Positions 48,694 through 49,071 of a stretch of DNA of 49,071 nt are shown piece after piece. The notes beneath the pieces were generated by a model, which searched no databases, was not told the origin of the DNA, and saw only the letters and a list, made by a program, of their open reading frames with translations. Source of the stretch: Opitutia bacterium (GTDB lineage Bacteria > Verrucomicrobiota > Verrucomicrobiia > Opitutales > T3Sed10-336). The stretch is taken from the NCBI GenBank assembly GCA_050506795.1, contig JBJHCF010000042.1, positions 1-49,071 of the forward strand, given 5' to 3'. Made by a program: the position numbers and the translations under genes. Every line of letters begins with the position of its first letter. The first letter of the stretch is position 1.

Positions 48694-49071
48694 CCGGTTT
48701 TGGGGTATTCGAGAAACTTCAGCCGGTGATCTTTGGAATCGCCCGGTGTCGACATTGGCTCTTCTTGTCCAGAAATTCAGTTAAACCTTGTCTGATAATA
48801 GCATGATCCTCGAATCTTCGAGGTTCTGTGTCGAGTTGAAAAGGAATCCACAGGACACTGGTTCCCTCGATTTCGGAGTATAATTGTGGCGGCGACGGTG
48901 CAAATCCCGATAGTGTGACAAATTAATCCCTCGCCGGTGGTTGAGTCCGGGGGAATGAATGGCCGGATTCCGATCTACTCAATAACGTTTTTTCTCAGGT
49001 CGCGCACCGCGCATAACCCCTCCCATTGCGCTCCGCGCAACGGACGGGCCCCGTCTCGGCGACGTTTCCCG

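Noticed and set aside
48890..48920. GGTGCAAATCCC resembling part of a cobalamin riboswitch or a T-loop
   Set aside because: The flanking conserved elements (adjacent GGGAA, GCCACTG-type box) are not present.
1..49071. CRISPR arrays, rRNA/tRNA genes, prophage, integrase or known anti-phage defence genes
   Set aside because: No regularly spaced repeats or recognisable signatures were found by eye. A covariance-model or HMM scan would be needed to exclude small RNAs.

Overview
GC-rich bacterial chromosomal window. It is most consistent with Verrucomicrobiota (Opitutales-like); this is inferred from the pilin-cassette style, the LpxL-GT9 fusion and the Y1/RAYT-type transposase tail, not from a database search. 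It is mostly housekeeping: ilvD, scpB-pheA-argF, 5-oxoprolinase-pcm, peptidases, apaH, trxA, scpA, lptD, ferredoxin, glgB, obgE, pilB, a UvrD/PcrA helicase and a BetT-type transporter. The accessory modules are (i) a four-gene minor-pilin cassette with a tandemly duplicated PilW-like gene whose second copy has lost the Phe+1 codon; (ii) a papain/C39-like peptidase + RLAN-RimK ATP-grasp + GCS2 ligase trio of unknown product, the best candidate for an uncharacterised system, sitting directly upstream of (iii) a three-gene phosphorelay whose large hybrid kinase is split by a 1-nt frameshift at a C5 tract; and (iv) a stand-alone MshEN-like protein between obgE and pilB. No rRNA, tRNA or CRISPR array was seen. 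All product calls come from motif recognition by eye; no searches were run.
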